This document shows, in pieces, positions 30,865 to 40,848 of a DNA stretch of 64,000 bases (its first letter is position 1; every line of letters begins with the position of its first letter). Location: the IMG/VR virus record IMGVR_UViG_3300036769_000405; one strand, given 5' to 3'. This DNA comes from an uncultured virus (IMG/VR IMGVR_UViG_3300036769_000405). Taxonomy: Duplodnaviria > Heunggongvirae > Uroviricota > Caudoviricetes. A program made the position numbers and the translations under genes. Under the pieces are notes generated by a model. The model was given only the letters and a program-made list of their open reading frames with translations. It searched no databases and was not told where the DNA came from.

Positions 30865-31818
30865 ATGTTTATATCAACTTACATACCAGTTAATATGAGA
30901 AGGGTTAATTGTGCTGTCTATTCAGCAGAGAAAGTTTTTCCGGAGGATAAGTTGCGCTTAGCTTACTCGTTCATTACGAAGCATCCTGTAGAGGGCGTGT
31001 TTGTAAATAACGGTTGCATTAGTTTTATTGATTCACCTGAGATTTTATGGACAATTCCTGAAATCTATTTAGCATATGAAGCTTATAGTCAGGCTGCTTT
31101 AAATAACTTTAGTTATTATGTTGTTAAGAATTCTGATGGTATTCCACAGTTGTTTATATCTAAAGCTTTCAAAGGTCATCGTTTACTTGTAAATGCTTTT
31201 ACAATGAAAACAATAATCATTGGTCAGAAGCTTCTGGTTAACAAGGTTGCAAGCATGATTGATAAAACAACATCAAATCTCTATTGCGTGAATCTGTTCA
31301 ATACCTTACAGGCTATTGAAACGGGAAGTGCGAAGTTCTTACAGGCTATAATTGTAGACAGAGATACGGAGGATGAATTTCTTGCAGTAAGTCCTATGAC
31401 TACATGTTTATCAGAAATGACTACATGGTATTCGAAGGATATTATTGATGAGCTTCGCACTGTCAGTGAAAATCATGAGACAGAAACTGAAAGTTTGAAG
31501 TTCGAAGGAGACAAAATTGTCCGGAAAGACTTACCAAATTCTTGGCAGCCTATGTCTACAGAACATGTGAAATACATACTTGAAACATACGATAAGACTA
31601 TTGAGAAGAAGAACAATTACATTTGCATTTATGACGAAATGTCTAATCCAATGCTGTATTTCTCTACTAATTATCGGTATCTTGTTAATGCTGACACATT
31701 TGAATGTGTAGTCATCAGAAATCAACATACAAAGAATTTATTGGTCGATTTTGCAACAAGGAATAATATACAGGCTGGGCAGTTACTTATGGCTTGGATG
31801 TTAGCAAAAACGGAGTAA
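30865..31818 (+). CDS. Hypothetical protein with internal duplication
   Basis: PQLFISKAFKGHRLLVNAFTMKTIII versus PMLYFSTNYRYLVNADTFECVVI: two related half-domains. Confidence 0.65.
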   Translation: MFISTYIPVNMRRVNCAVYSAEKVFPEDKLRLAYSFITKHPVEGVFVNNGCISFIDSPEILWTIPEIYLAYEAYSQAALNNFSYYVVKNSDGIPQLFISKAFKGHRLLVNAFTMKTIIIGQKLLVNKVASMIDKTTSNLYCVNLFNTLQAIETGSAKFLQAIIVDRDTEDEFLAVSPMTTCLSEMTTWYSKDIIDELRTVSENHETETESLKFEGDKIVRKDLPNSWQPMSTEHVKYILETYDKTIEKKNNYICIYDEMSNPMLYFSTNYRYLVNADTFECVVIRNQHTKNLLVDFATRNNIQAGQLLMAWMLAKTE

Positions 31819-31821
31819 AAT

Positions 31822-33879
31822 ATGAAAGGTAAGAAACATGGAGAACAGAAAGAAACAGGCTATCTACGTAGTAACAAATCCAAAGAATCAGAAACAGCAA
31901 AAGGAAGGAAACGTAGTCTTACCGAAGACAGAACCCACGAAGTCGAAGAACCTACGTTAGCCTCTAAGCTTAATGAAAGTAGTAAGCAGAAGAGAAAACG
32001 TGAACGTTTTGTAACTGCAAGAATGTGGATATCTACATTGATATCCACATTCTTTACTGATCGTGGAACTATTCCAGATAACATTGGAAACAATGTTCTG
32101 ATTACTAACAATTTGTATATTACAAAGAATCATCTCACTGCTATTATACAAGTTATTGAGATGTCTGAGATAACACCTGTTTCTTGGACGTCTGATCTTA
32201 TTAAGTATGTAAAAGATCAGACACAAGGTGTAATTGTTGATATAACTTTCAAAGGACAAAAATATTATCCAGATATAACACCATCTGCCATGAACTCTAA
32301 AGAAAAGACTTGGCATCAAATGTTAGACAACCCACTAATGCCTGAAAGTTATGTTAGACGTGCAGCAAGATGTTTATATACTTTAGATGTAGCTAGAAGT
32401 GGAACAAGAATGGATAAGCAACGTATTTATATTAAGATACGTGCTAAAGATGGCGCTATGCTAAAACGTGGATTGCAAGCAACATCTACTTATTTGAGTT
32501 CTATTCAAGCAAAGTATAAACGTATTCAATCAAACATTGAAGAGCATTTACAGTATATGACATTGATGTGTGATACGAAACCACAACACTTGAAAGATGT
32601 AGCACCTGTTATTTTTTCAACACAAACCTTTGCAGAATCAATGCCCTCAATACAAGGTGCTAATGATCAAGAAGGTGTTTTAATGGGTTATGATATCATC
32701 TCAGGATATCCATACTTCATTAATTTTATGTCAACAGCAGCTGCTAAGAACATTATGATAGAAGCTCTATCTGGTTGGGGTAAGACATTCATGGCGTCCT
32801 ATTGGTTATATCCGTTTTATGCAAATGGGTTTAATCTTGCTTTAATGGATATTAAAGGTAATGAATTGAATGCAATTACAGAAGCTTTACATGGTATTTG
32901 TTTATCAATGCGTCCTACGTCAACACACTATATCAACACTTATTGCTGGCGTGTTGATGAGGTTTTTGATGGGGATTTCACAGCTTATGCAAATGAACGA
33001 TTCAGAATGTCTAAAGAACGTATGCTTTGCATAATCGATTTCGAAGAGAAACTTGAGTCACAAGCTGAAGCACTGCTCGAGGAATTCTTGCAATACGTTT
33101 ATAAAAGCATTGGAGCGAGTGCTACGAATGTTAATACTTGGTCAAGAACTGAACAGTTGAATCCATATATAATATTTGATATGTTTGAACGTTACATCTC
33201 AAATGAGATTAAGTTAAAATATAAGGATGTTGTTTCACAAATGATTGAACGTTTAAGAATATACATGTCACGTTATGGAAGTAAATCACATATTTATCGT
33301 GAAGCTTACAGTTATATGGATATACTTGAAACACGTTGTTTAACATTTGATTTTGGCATGCTTGAAGCTTCTAGTAATAATGACCGTGTAATGTTTCATT
33401 TACATGTTATGGATATGGTTGCTATCAATGATGCTTATGTATCTTACAAGAAAAAGAAGCATGAGTGGACTGTTAAGTTATTGGAAGAGTCTCAGATTGT
33501 AGATGATTGGCTTACAAAAGTATACACACGTGAGATTACATTACGTCGTGCACAAAATCAGGTAACAGTGTTGTTAGGGAACTCTATAGCTGCTTTGGCT
33601 GAGAATCCATTAAGCAGACCAATAATTGAGAATTTAAATATTCTTGTTCTTGGTTCTCTAAACCTGAGCTCACGGAAATATTTGAAAGATGAATTTGGAC
33701 TAAATAATTATGAACTCGAAGCTTTAGAGGAAATCCAAACTAATCCTGATATGCAGCGTAGATTTTTACTTGTCAATCGAATGGAACCTAACGCTACAAC
33801 TGCTATACTTGAAGCTAACGTACCTGAGAAAGTTAGCCAGAGTCCACTATTTAAAGTTGTTGATACAGAAGATAATTAA
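31822..33879 (+). CDS. VirB4/TraE-like conjugative transfer ATPase
   Basis: GVLMGYD...PYFINF, NIMIEALSGWGKT (Walker A), ALMDIKGNE, LTFDFG, KLLEESQ (Walker B variant), LRRAQNQ, IIENLNILVLG: overall VirB4 C-terminal layout. Confidence 0.75.
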   Translation: MKGKKHGEQKETGYLRSNKSKESETAKGRKRSLTEDRTHEVEEPTLASKLNESSKQKRKRERFVTARMWISTLISTFFTDRGTIPDNIGNNVLITNNLYITKNHLTAIIQVIEMSEITPVSWTSDLIKYVKDQTQGVIVDITFKGQKYYPDITPSAMNSKEKTWHQMLDNPLMPESYVRRAARCLYTLDVARSGTRMDKQRIYIKIRAKDGAMLKRGLQATSTYLSSIQAKYKRIQSNIEEHLQYMTLMCDTKPQHLKDVAPVIFSTQTFAESMPSIQGANDQEGVLMGYDIISGYPYFINFMSTAAAKNIMIEALSGWGKTFMASYWLYPFYANGFNLALMDIKGNELNAITEALHGICLSMRPTSTHYINTYCWRVDEVFDGDFTAYANERFRMSKERMLCIIDFEEKLESQAEALLEEFLQYVYKSIGASATNVNTWSRTEQLNPYIIFDMFERYISNEIKLKYKDVVSQMIERLRIYMSRYGSKSHIYREAYSYMDILETRCLTFDFGMLEASSNNDRVMFHLHVMDMVAINDAYVSYKKKKHEWTVKLLEESQIVDDWLTKVYTREITLRRAQNQVTVLLGNSIAALAENPLSRPIIENLNILVLGSLNLSSRKYLKDEFGLNNYELEALEEIQTNPDMQRRFLLVNRMEPNATTAILEANVPEKVSQSPLFKVVDTEDN

Positions 33880-33941
33880 ACTCATGCGGAGGCTATTACT
33901 TGTCTCCGCATATTACAGGCAATAGTTGGAGGACATTACTA

Positions 33942-35087
33942 ATGCTATTTGAAACTAAACCAAGTCTTAAGAGTATCATAATTTTTTCAATTTATGTTTT
34001 AGTAATGATTACAATTTCAGTGACTATGGTTGTTGTCGTTGCTAAGAAAATAAATTCAAAAGATGATGTTATTGTTATCAATGATTTACAAACGACATTT
34101 ACAGAGTCTTGGAATACTCCAACGGGTTCCTCTGTTTTAACTGAAGTTGAATATAATTCTATTTCAGACGAAGTTGTATTTGGTACTTACGATACTTATT
34201 TAGCTCAGGTAAGTCCTAGTTTTACTTCAACGAATAACATCACGGCAACAGGTGCTAATGCTGATTTGTTTAATTTTTGTGATAATTACTTCAGAGTATA
34301 TTATGGATATTCTAGGATATCACCAATTTTTCCAATGGCTTTAGCTAACGTTGAAACTCCAGGAAGAATGGATCAAGATATTACATGGTCATCTCTTTTT
34401 CCTAGCAAGTATGTTGATGCAACACTTATGGATAGTTTTGATGTTACTTATGTTATATCAGATGATGAAATATTTGCAGCTTTATCAAGTGAGTACAGCA
34501 CGAGAGACCGTGGTGCTTTGCAAATGAGTCCTACGTATGGTACTGACAACAAAGCGATAAACAATCTCATGAGTGGTACAGAAAAAGATAAGTTGAGAGC
34601 TGTAGATAGCTCTAAACACTCTACATGGGCCTCTGGAGCATCTAGTTATTCAGGTGATAGATTTTACTTACCAGATGTCTTATTAAGATTACAAGTTGCT
34701 ATGCAGGATAATGTTTACAACATTACAACGAAAGGTTATACCCCAAGTACTGATATGCAATTGATTGCTATGCTATCTGTTGCACACAATACCGGTAGTG
34801 GAATATGGTTTTATTCAAATCATCAAAAGAAAGTTGGCAATTGGATATCAGGAGAGAAAGCATTTGAATTATGTGAAAATTTAGGTAGTACAGAGTTTAT
34901 TGAAGTATTACAGAATTATGCACATTCTTCTGAAAGAACATATATAACAACAGAGGAGGCTTTAAATCTATACTCTAAAGTTTTCTCTGATAGTATTACG
35001 AATTATACAACCAATACAACTAACGGTACATTTCCTATTAAATCTTTGTACGCCTACATAAAGTTGTCTGAGTTGTATACCGAATAG
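33942..35087 (+). CDS. Membrane-anchored lytic transglycosylase (SLT/lysozyme-like)
   Basis: Motif I ALANVET, motif II GALQM, motif III AHNTG; N-terminal TM; GGAGG before ATG 33942. Confidence 0.7.
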   Translation: MLFETKPSLKSIIIFSIYVLVMITISVTMVVVVAKKINSKDDVIVINDLQTTFTESWNTPTGSSVLTEVEYNSISDEVVFGTYDTYLAQVSPSFTSTNNITATGANADLFNFCDNYFRVYYGYSRISPIFPMALANVETPGRMDQDITWSSLFPSKYVDATLMDSFDVTYVISDDEIFAALSSEYSTRDRGALQMSPTYGTDNKAINNLMSGTEKDKLRAVDSSKHSTWASGASSYSGDRFYLPDVLLRLQVAMQDNVYNITTKGYTPSTDMQLIAMLSVAHNTGSGIWFYSNHQKKVGNWISGEKAFELCENLGSTEFIEVLQNYAHSSERTYITTEEALNLYSKVFSDSITNYTTNTTNGTFPIKSLYAYIKLSELYTE

Positions 35088-35097
35088 AGGTGATTAT

Positions 35098-35922
35098 TTG
35101 ATACGCAGACCACATGTGAAGTCTGTGGTAGAGAAACCTAAAAGAGGTACTCAGTCTTCGTTTACAAAGTATTCAGTTACAGCAGTAAGTTGTTTACTTG
35201 TTTGTTGTATCGGATTTATGTTTCTTGTGTTCGGAACTGATAATGTTTATCAGATAGACGAAACCACATTAGGCACTTCTACTTCTATTCAGAGAACCTC
35301 TGTTAGTACTATAGTTAACATGATTGCTCAACAAGAATCAACAGCAGCTGATGATACTACAGATGTTAGTTTACCTGGATTACATGATGCAACACTTATC
35401 GTTAATGGTGATACCATTGATATGAGTAATGCTTTAATTGATACGGGTTGTGTAAATTTTTGCTATACATATATGTCCTGGCAATCAATTACTTCACATT
35501 CTTCTAATCAGTGGGTACTTAGAAATAAGTATTACCCTAATTGGGATTCTCGTACTGGTGCTAGTGGAGCATTTGATTCAGAAGGATTTAGTATAATTAA
35601 CGGTCGTTATGTAATAGCTGTTACATGGGCAAATGATGGAGGTATAGCTTTAGTTGGTGATGAACTAGATGTGTACTTAGAAAACGGTACTGTTCTTAAT
35701 TGTGTTGTTGGTGATATTAAAAGTTCTGGTGATGCAGATTGGACTGTTTATGGTCATAAGAAAGCATCTGCATCTGGAAACACTCATAGTTTGAATACTG
35801 TTGAGTTTATTGTAAATAGACAACAATGGCATGATCATGTAAATCCAGGAACACCTACATGCCACCCTGAATGGAAAAGTAATATAATTAAGATCGTTAA
35901 AGGTCAGAATTTACTTAATTAG
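35098..35922 (+). CDS. Membrane-anchored putative cell-wall enzyme (3D/double-psi barrel-like)
   Basis: N-terminal TM; GRYVIAV...VGDELDVYLENG...VVGDIK...VEFIV resembles 3D/DPBB-type domains. Confidence 0.5.
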   Translation: MIRRPHVKSVVEKPKRGTQSSFTKYSVTAVSCLLVCCIGFMFLVFGTDNVYQIDETTLGTSTSIQRTSVSTIVNMIAQQESTAADDTTDVSLPGLHDATLIVNGDTIDMSNALIDTGCVNFCYTYMSWQSITSHSSNQWVLRNKYYPNWDSRTGASGAFDSEGFSIINGRYVIAVTWANDGGIALVGDELDVYLENGTVLNCVVGDIKSSGDADWTVYGHKKASASGNTHSLNTVEFIVNRQQWHDHVNPGTPTCHPEWKSNIIKIVKGQNLLN

Positions 35923-35935
35923 GAGGATTTTTAAA

Positions 35936-36469
35936 ATGAAAGATGAAACTAAGGTAAAGGTTCTTATGTTTGGTATTATTCTTTGTTTTTTAACACTTGC
36001 AGGTCTCATTATCTATGCTGTAAATTATAAACATTCGAACAAGGAATCAACTATAAGTGATACGCTTGTTACTAATGTTAACAATACAGAAGTTTCAAGA
36101 GAACCTGAAACTTCGAGTGAACAAGATACTGAAACAAGCTTCGTTGCTATAGATGATGCTACAGAACCTGAAACAGAAAATGAGATTTATTCTTATGAAT
36201 CCTCTAGGGAATTATCTGATGAAGTAAATCTTAGGATTAAAGATTATATTGAATTTCTTGCTAAGAAATATGATACAACAGTTACATTGAATAATGTGCG
36301 TACTTATGATGAAGGATTTGTTGATTGTGAATTTATCGTAAGTAATTATGGTTATGCTACTATTTCCTATGATCCTGATTATGACCAATGGAGCGGGCGC
36401 TTATTCAGCGACGACGAAGTGCTTGATATTTGGTATGAGGGTGAAACAAGTTTGGAGGAATTAAACTGA
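35936..36469 (+). CDS. Single-pass acidic membrane protein
   Basis: N-terminal TM, Glu/Thr-rich linker, small acidic domain. Confidence 0.7.
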   Translation: MKDETKVKVLMFGIILCFLTLAGLIIYAVNYKHSNKESTISDTLVTNVNNTEVSREPETSSEQDTETSFVAIDDATEPETENEIYSYESSRELSDEVNLRIKDYIEFLAKKYDTTVTLNNVRTYDEGFVDCEFIVSNYGYATISYDPDYDQWSGRLFSDDEVLDIWYEGETSLEELN

Positions 36470-37050
36470 TGAATAATAAAAGTAAATCTAGAAAGACTTT
36501 AGGAACAACTAAAGTAGTCATTATACTCTGGGTATGTATTGTAGTTGTAATATTCTTACTTGTAGGACTTATTTTAAAGTTTAATAAAAACAGTTTTTAT
36601 GATTCCACGGAGACCACAGAAACTGTTGGCGCTCAGGAAATCTATGATACTGAAGTTCAGTATGTAGATGTAGAAGAAATAAGTCCTGAAGAGTCTGTAT
36701 ATATGTCATTGAGAACAACAACAGATGTCAATGGTTGGTTTGAACAATACAACGATGATTCTGTAACAGTCGATGCTGAATATGAACTCCGTACAGATAC
36801 TTTTGTTTCAGATTTCGCATCACTAGAATTAGTTGCTGACGGTGATTACATTTTCGCCTCTACTGTTAATTATGCTATGGACCTGGCAGATGAACTAGGT
36901 ATTAGTAAAGATACTTTAGCTTTAGCTACATACAGTAGTGGTAATGACGAATTAACGGAGTTTATTGAAGTTTACATTGGTGATGATACATACGCTTTTT
37001 ATTCTAAAGGCAATGGTGATTCTGTAACAATTTCATATGTAAAGGAATAG
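36469..37050 (+). CDS. Single-pass acidic membrane protein
   Basis: N-terminal TM, acidic domain; coupled to the upstream stop. Confidence 0.7.
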   Translation: MNNKSKSRKTLGTTKVVIILWVCIVVVIFLLVGLILKFNKNSFYDSTETTETVGAQEIYDTEVQYVDVEEISPEESVYMSLRTTTDVNGWFEQYNDDSVTVDAEYELRTDTFVSDFASLELVADGDYIFASTVNYAMDLADELGISKDTLALATYSSGNDELTEFIEVYIGDDTYAFYSKGNGDSVTISYVKE

Positions 37051-37053
37051 CCT

Positions 37054-37776
37054 ATGAACCCTAAAAAGACTGTTTCTATTTGTGTTGCTATTGTTATGTG
37101 TTTTGTAGTTCTTATCTGTGGTTTGAACTTCAGCAATAATGATGAGGATTATAATACAATAATTAGTAGTTACAACAAAACAACACAAGATTACAGTAGA
37201 ACATCAGTTTCTACTGTAGTTAACCAGATTTCAAATAATATTGAAAGTGAACCTAACATTCCTGGAGTTAGTACTACCTATACGTCTGTAACAATTGATA
37301 CATCTTCGTGGCTTGCTATTTGTGATAGTGTTCATAAACAATGGGGTGCTGCTGGACTAGGTTACAAGTTGGGTGGTTACCGTACTTTAAATTTTGGTAA
37401 TGGTGATGTAACTATTCGTTTAGACTGCTCAGGTTATGTTAGCTATTGTTTGTATGTAGCTGGTTATACTACATCAACAACAGCATTTACTACTTCATCA
37501 TTAGCTACTAATTACACTTCCTACGGTTTAGTAAAAGTAGCAAATCCTGGTGAAATAACTTCTTACACACAGTTACAACCAGGAGATATACTTGATATAA
37601 AAGGTAATCATATGCAGATCTATGCAGGCCCTGCAGATGACTGGTATAACTGGGGTGGTGAAAGTAGTACAAGTGATAAATATACTAATGTTACTGATAT
37701 TGCTTCTGTAGATTCACAGATTCACAGTTCTCATAGCTTTGATTTAACACAATGCTACGTTTTTAGATTACCGTAA
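37054..37776 (+). CDS. Membrane-anchored NlpC/P60 cysteine peptidase
   Basis: LDCSGYVSY catalytic Cys, LQPGDIL, HMQIYAG catalytic His. Confidence 0.85.
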   Translation: MNPKKTVSICVAIVMCFVVLICGLNFSNNDEDYNTIISSYNKTTQDYSRTSVSTVVNQISNNIESEPNIPGVSTTYTSVTIDTSSWLAICDSVHKQWGAAGLGYKLGGYRTLNFGNGDVTIRLDCSGYVSYCLYVAGYTTSTTAFTTSSLATNYTSYGLVKVANPGEITSYTQLQPGDILDIKGNHMQIYAGPADDWYNWGGESSTSDKYTNVTDIASVDSQIHSSHSFDLTQCYVFRLP

Positions 37777-37792
37777 TTCAGGAGATTTTAAA

Positions 37793-38524
37793 ATGAAAAA
37801 GCAAACAATTCAAATGTTAAGTTTAATACTTATTTTACTTCTGTGTATAATATTCACAGTTATTGGTGTATTAATTTACAGTACGATTTCTGATAAGGAA
37901 GAGTTCATAAGTACAGTCACACAACCACAAACAACGACCGTTAACTCAGAAGTTGCTAACTATTCTAGCAATTCTGAAACATATGATTCTTATCCTGCTG
38001 TTGATAGTACAACAGAAACTCAGGAAGCTTACTGGTTAGGTGAAGTACAGGAAGTTTTTGTAACCCCTACAGATGATTTAACCGATGAACAGGACGATTT
38101 TTATACAGAGCAGGGAAACTTACTTCTTTTGGATGGAAGTCTCAACGATATGTTAACTTACGTTAGTGAAGATTCTGGAGATAGAAAAGTTTACTTGTCG
38201 AGTTTTAACTCTTATAACAATGGATCTACAGTTCAGTATAATTATAAGGTTGCAAATACCGATGCTGGTTTCTATGTTATAACTGAAACAGGTCAAGATC
38301 CTATGGTAAGTGAATACGGTAATATTTATGGTGATGATTATCCAATCATTATCTTTGATAATTACTTAGGAGGTTGCCCAGGAGATTACTCAATTGTGTA
38401 TAAAGCTATTTACAATAAGGGTGTTACATCCGGTTGGTATGAAACAGATTACACCGAGGGTGATTCTGTTATTAAACTTTATAACATTGATCCTTACACT
38501 CTACTTTACACTATAAATCTTTAG
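37793..38524 (+). CDS. Single-pass acidic membrane protein
   Basis: N-terminal TM, Thr-rich linker, acidic Tyr-rich domain. Confidence 0.7.
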   Translation: MKKQTIQMLSLILILLLCIIFTVIGVLIYSTISDKEEFISTVTQPQTTTVNSEVANYSSNSETYDSYPAVDSTTETQEAYWLGEVQEVFVTPTDDLTDEQDDFYTEQGNLLLLDGSLNDMLTYVSEDSGDRKVYLSSFNSYNNGSTVQYNYKVANTDAGFYVITETGQDPMVSEYGNIYGDDYPIIIFDNYLGGCPGDYSIVYKAIYNKGVTSGWYETDYTEGDSVIKLYNIDPYTLLYTINL

Positions 38525-38537
38525 GAGGTGATTATCT

Positions 38538-38750
38538 ATGCCTGAAGATGAAGAAAAGAAAGACAATAACAACCCCAACCATACGTGGAAAGAATTATTA
38601 CCTATGTTTGTAGTCATGATTCTTATTGTGATTGGTGTTGTTAAATTCCTTATACCCGCACTTATACCTGCTGATCATTCACCAAGTACTGTAATTGAAC
38701 AATCAAAAGATGGGAGTTATATTGATGAATTCTTTGACAGGTTTAGATAA
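38538..38750 (+). CDS. Small single-TM protein
   Basis: AGGAGGTG RBS. Confidence 0.6.
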   Translation: MPEDEEKKDNNNPNHTWKELLPMFVVMILIVIGVVKFLIPALIPADHSPSTVIEQSKDGSYIDEFFDRFR

Positions 38751-39747
38751 GAAACATTTGCTTATCATTTGTTTCTGTACACTATTAACAATTTGTTCTA
38801 TTTGTTTCTGTGTAGCTATTGTTATTGCGATTAACAATAGAAATGCTCAAGAAGATACTGTTGTCATACCTAGTACATGGGATCCAAATTATCAAGAAAG
38901 TTTGAGTGACTTTGAAGCACAAGCAAAACTTGATAATACAGATTGGGATATTCTTGATTTAGAAGATGAGGAATTCCTTACAGTATCTATTAGTGAAACA
39001 ACAGTTGGTTCATCATTCAGTAATACATCTAGTGTTAAAGTTAATAGTAGAACTTTGGATGATGAATCTATTATCATGTTATCTGAGAATGATGCTTGGA
39101 GTTATATTTCTAACGAATTGTTCACGGAATACCCTAATGGTTCATTCAATGATAATAAGTCTATTCTTGAGAAAATTCAGCAGGCAAACACAGAAACAAT
39201 TGTAATAAGATGTTGGTATTGGGAGGATCCTTCAGACGATACAAACTTCAATAAAATAACAGTTTTGAAAACATTTGCTGTAAATAGCTCAATAGCTCAA
39301 TTATTTGAACATGCTTTCAATGACATTTATAATGACCCTAGTCAACCTGTTCTTAATCTAGCCGATACTGGAATGGGAACATGGGTTTTACGTGGGAAAA
39401 ATCACAACAATTCTGCCAGTCTATCTGCACATTCACTTGGTTGTTGCATAGACATAAACCCTAGTACAGGCAGTTTCAAAGTTAATGGAACTTGGTATGG
39501 TAATGCTTACGGGCATCAAACTATGTCAAAGGAAGTTTGGGAACAGTTACCAGAATGCCATAATAAGTATCATGTACTTTATGATGGTTGCCCAATCGTG
39601 GAGATTTTTAAATCTTATGGTTTTGTTTGGGGTGGAGATTGGTCATCAACTAAAGACTGTATGCACTTATCTTTTATAGGTGAAGGGTTAAATTGCCGTG
39701 AAAATGGGCAATCAAATTATTTGAGTAGGAGATTAATTTATGAGTAA
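38695..39747 (+). CDS. Membrane-anchored M15-family Zn peptidoglycan peptidase
   Basis: SAHSLGCCIDIN (SxH..D), GFVWGGDW, DCMH; likely start 38725. Confidence 0.85.
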   Translation: MNNQKMGVILMNSLTGLDKKHLLIICFCTLLTICSICFCVAIVIAINNRNAQEDTVVIPSTWDPNYQESLSDFEAQAKLDNTDWDILDLEDEEFLTVSISETTVGSSFSNTSSVKVNSRTLDDESIIMLSENDAWSYISNELFTEYPNGSFNDNKSILEKIQQANTETIVIRCWYWEDPSDDTNFNKITVLKTFAVNSSIAQLFEHAFNDIYNDPSQPVLNLADTGMGTWVLRGKNHNNSASLSAHSLGCCIDINPSTGSFKVNGTWYGNAYGHQTMSKEVWEQLPECHNKYHVLYDGCPIVEIFKSYGFVWGGDWSSTKDCMHLSFIGEGLNCRENGQSNYLSRRLIYE

Positions 39748-40806
39748 GAAATACGAACTTCTCGGATTTGTTTATAATAACGTAACTGATAGTTACCTTG
39801 AACCATCCGGTGCAATGGTGGCCTTTTTAATCCTATGTCACCAAAAATTCCTGAAACAAAGTGCTTTGATATGAAAGAGTTTATTAGTGTTGTAGGTTCA
39901 AAAGAAGTTGCTGACTTACGTATTAAAGACGGTAGATTACAATATCGAGTTGCTGAAGCTGGAAATCAAACAATAAATCATCGTAAGGGTGTAAAAGTCT
40001 ATGCTGATTTTTGCTCCGTTACCGGTGTTGTTAATGGTGTTATTGGTAGTGCTGGAACTGTTGCTATTGCTGCTGTTGCTGGTGTAGGTGCGGCAGCCGC
40101 TGCAGGAGCAGTTGTTGGAGTGGCTGGCGGTGTCTTTATACAGAGACAAATGATTAAAGGTATTGTTGGCTTATTTAATCGTGATAAACTTTATGAGTTT
40201 TGTAATGTTAGATTTATAAAAGAACACCTTAATAAAGCCGATAATAACTCTAACACAATTTCTGTAAATATTATTGATGCTGCAGCTAAAAATAATAAAT
40301 CTGGTATCACTGTAGTATTTTATGGTAAAGATGTCATGGCTTATGGCAACTACTTAAAAACTGTTTATCCTGGCGTTGATAAAAGAATCAAAGTAGCTGC
40401 TACGAATGCTTTAACTTTGGTAGTCCCTATTGATGAATTAACGTCCAAAAGATTTGCAGGAGATTTCAAATTACTATATAATACCCAGTTAATGCACGAT
40501 ACGTTGGATGCCCCTAGAATTGCTAAAGCAGCTAAGATGGATACATCTACAATATTACAATCTGCTAAAGAATTAGATGAATTGACTAATAAGAACTTAA
40601 GTTCTGTAGAGGTATCTACATCTACTGGTGTACCTGCTCCAGCTAGTTCTGTAGTACCTATCAACTCTAATGAAATTTTCAAACAGTACATGGAGAAATA
40701 CCATATTTCTGAAAATGATATGCCTGCAGAGAAGACACGCCTTATGTCTGTGTTTCACTCTCAGACAGAAGATGAACTTGCTTCTCAGCTTTCACTTATG
40801 TTATAA
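39740..40806 (+). CDS. Gly/Ala-zipper protein, paralogue of 40849..42063, split by a -1 frameshift at T5 (39824-39828)
   Basis: RBS+ATG 39740 gives MSKKYELLGFVYNNVTDSYLEPSGA, matching paralogue IIGFTFSSVTDSFRDPKGA; the rest of the homology is in ORF 39835..40806. Confidence 0.7.
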
Positions 40807-40848
40807 CATTCTTCACTTAAAAATATAACATTCGTGAGGTTAATATTC

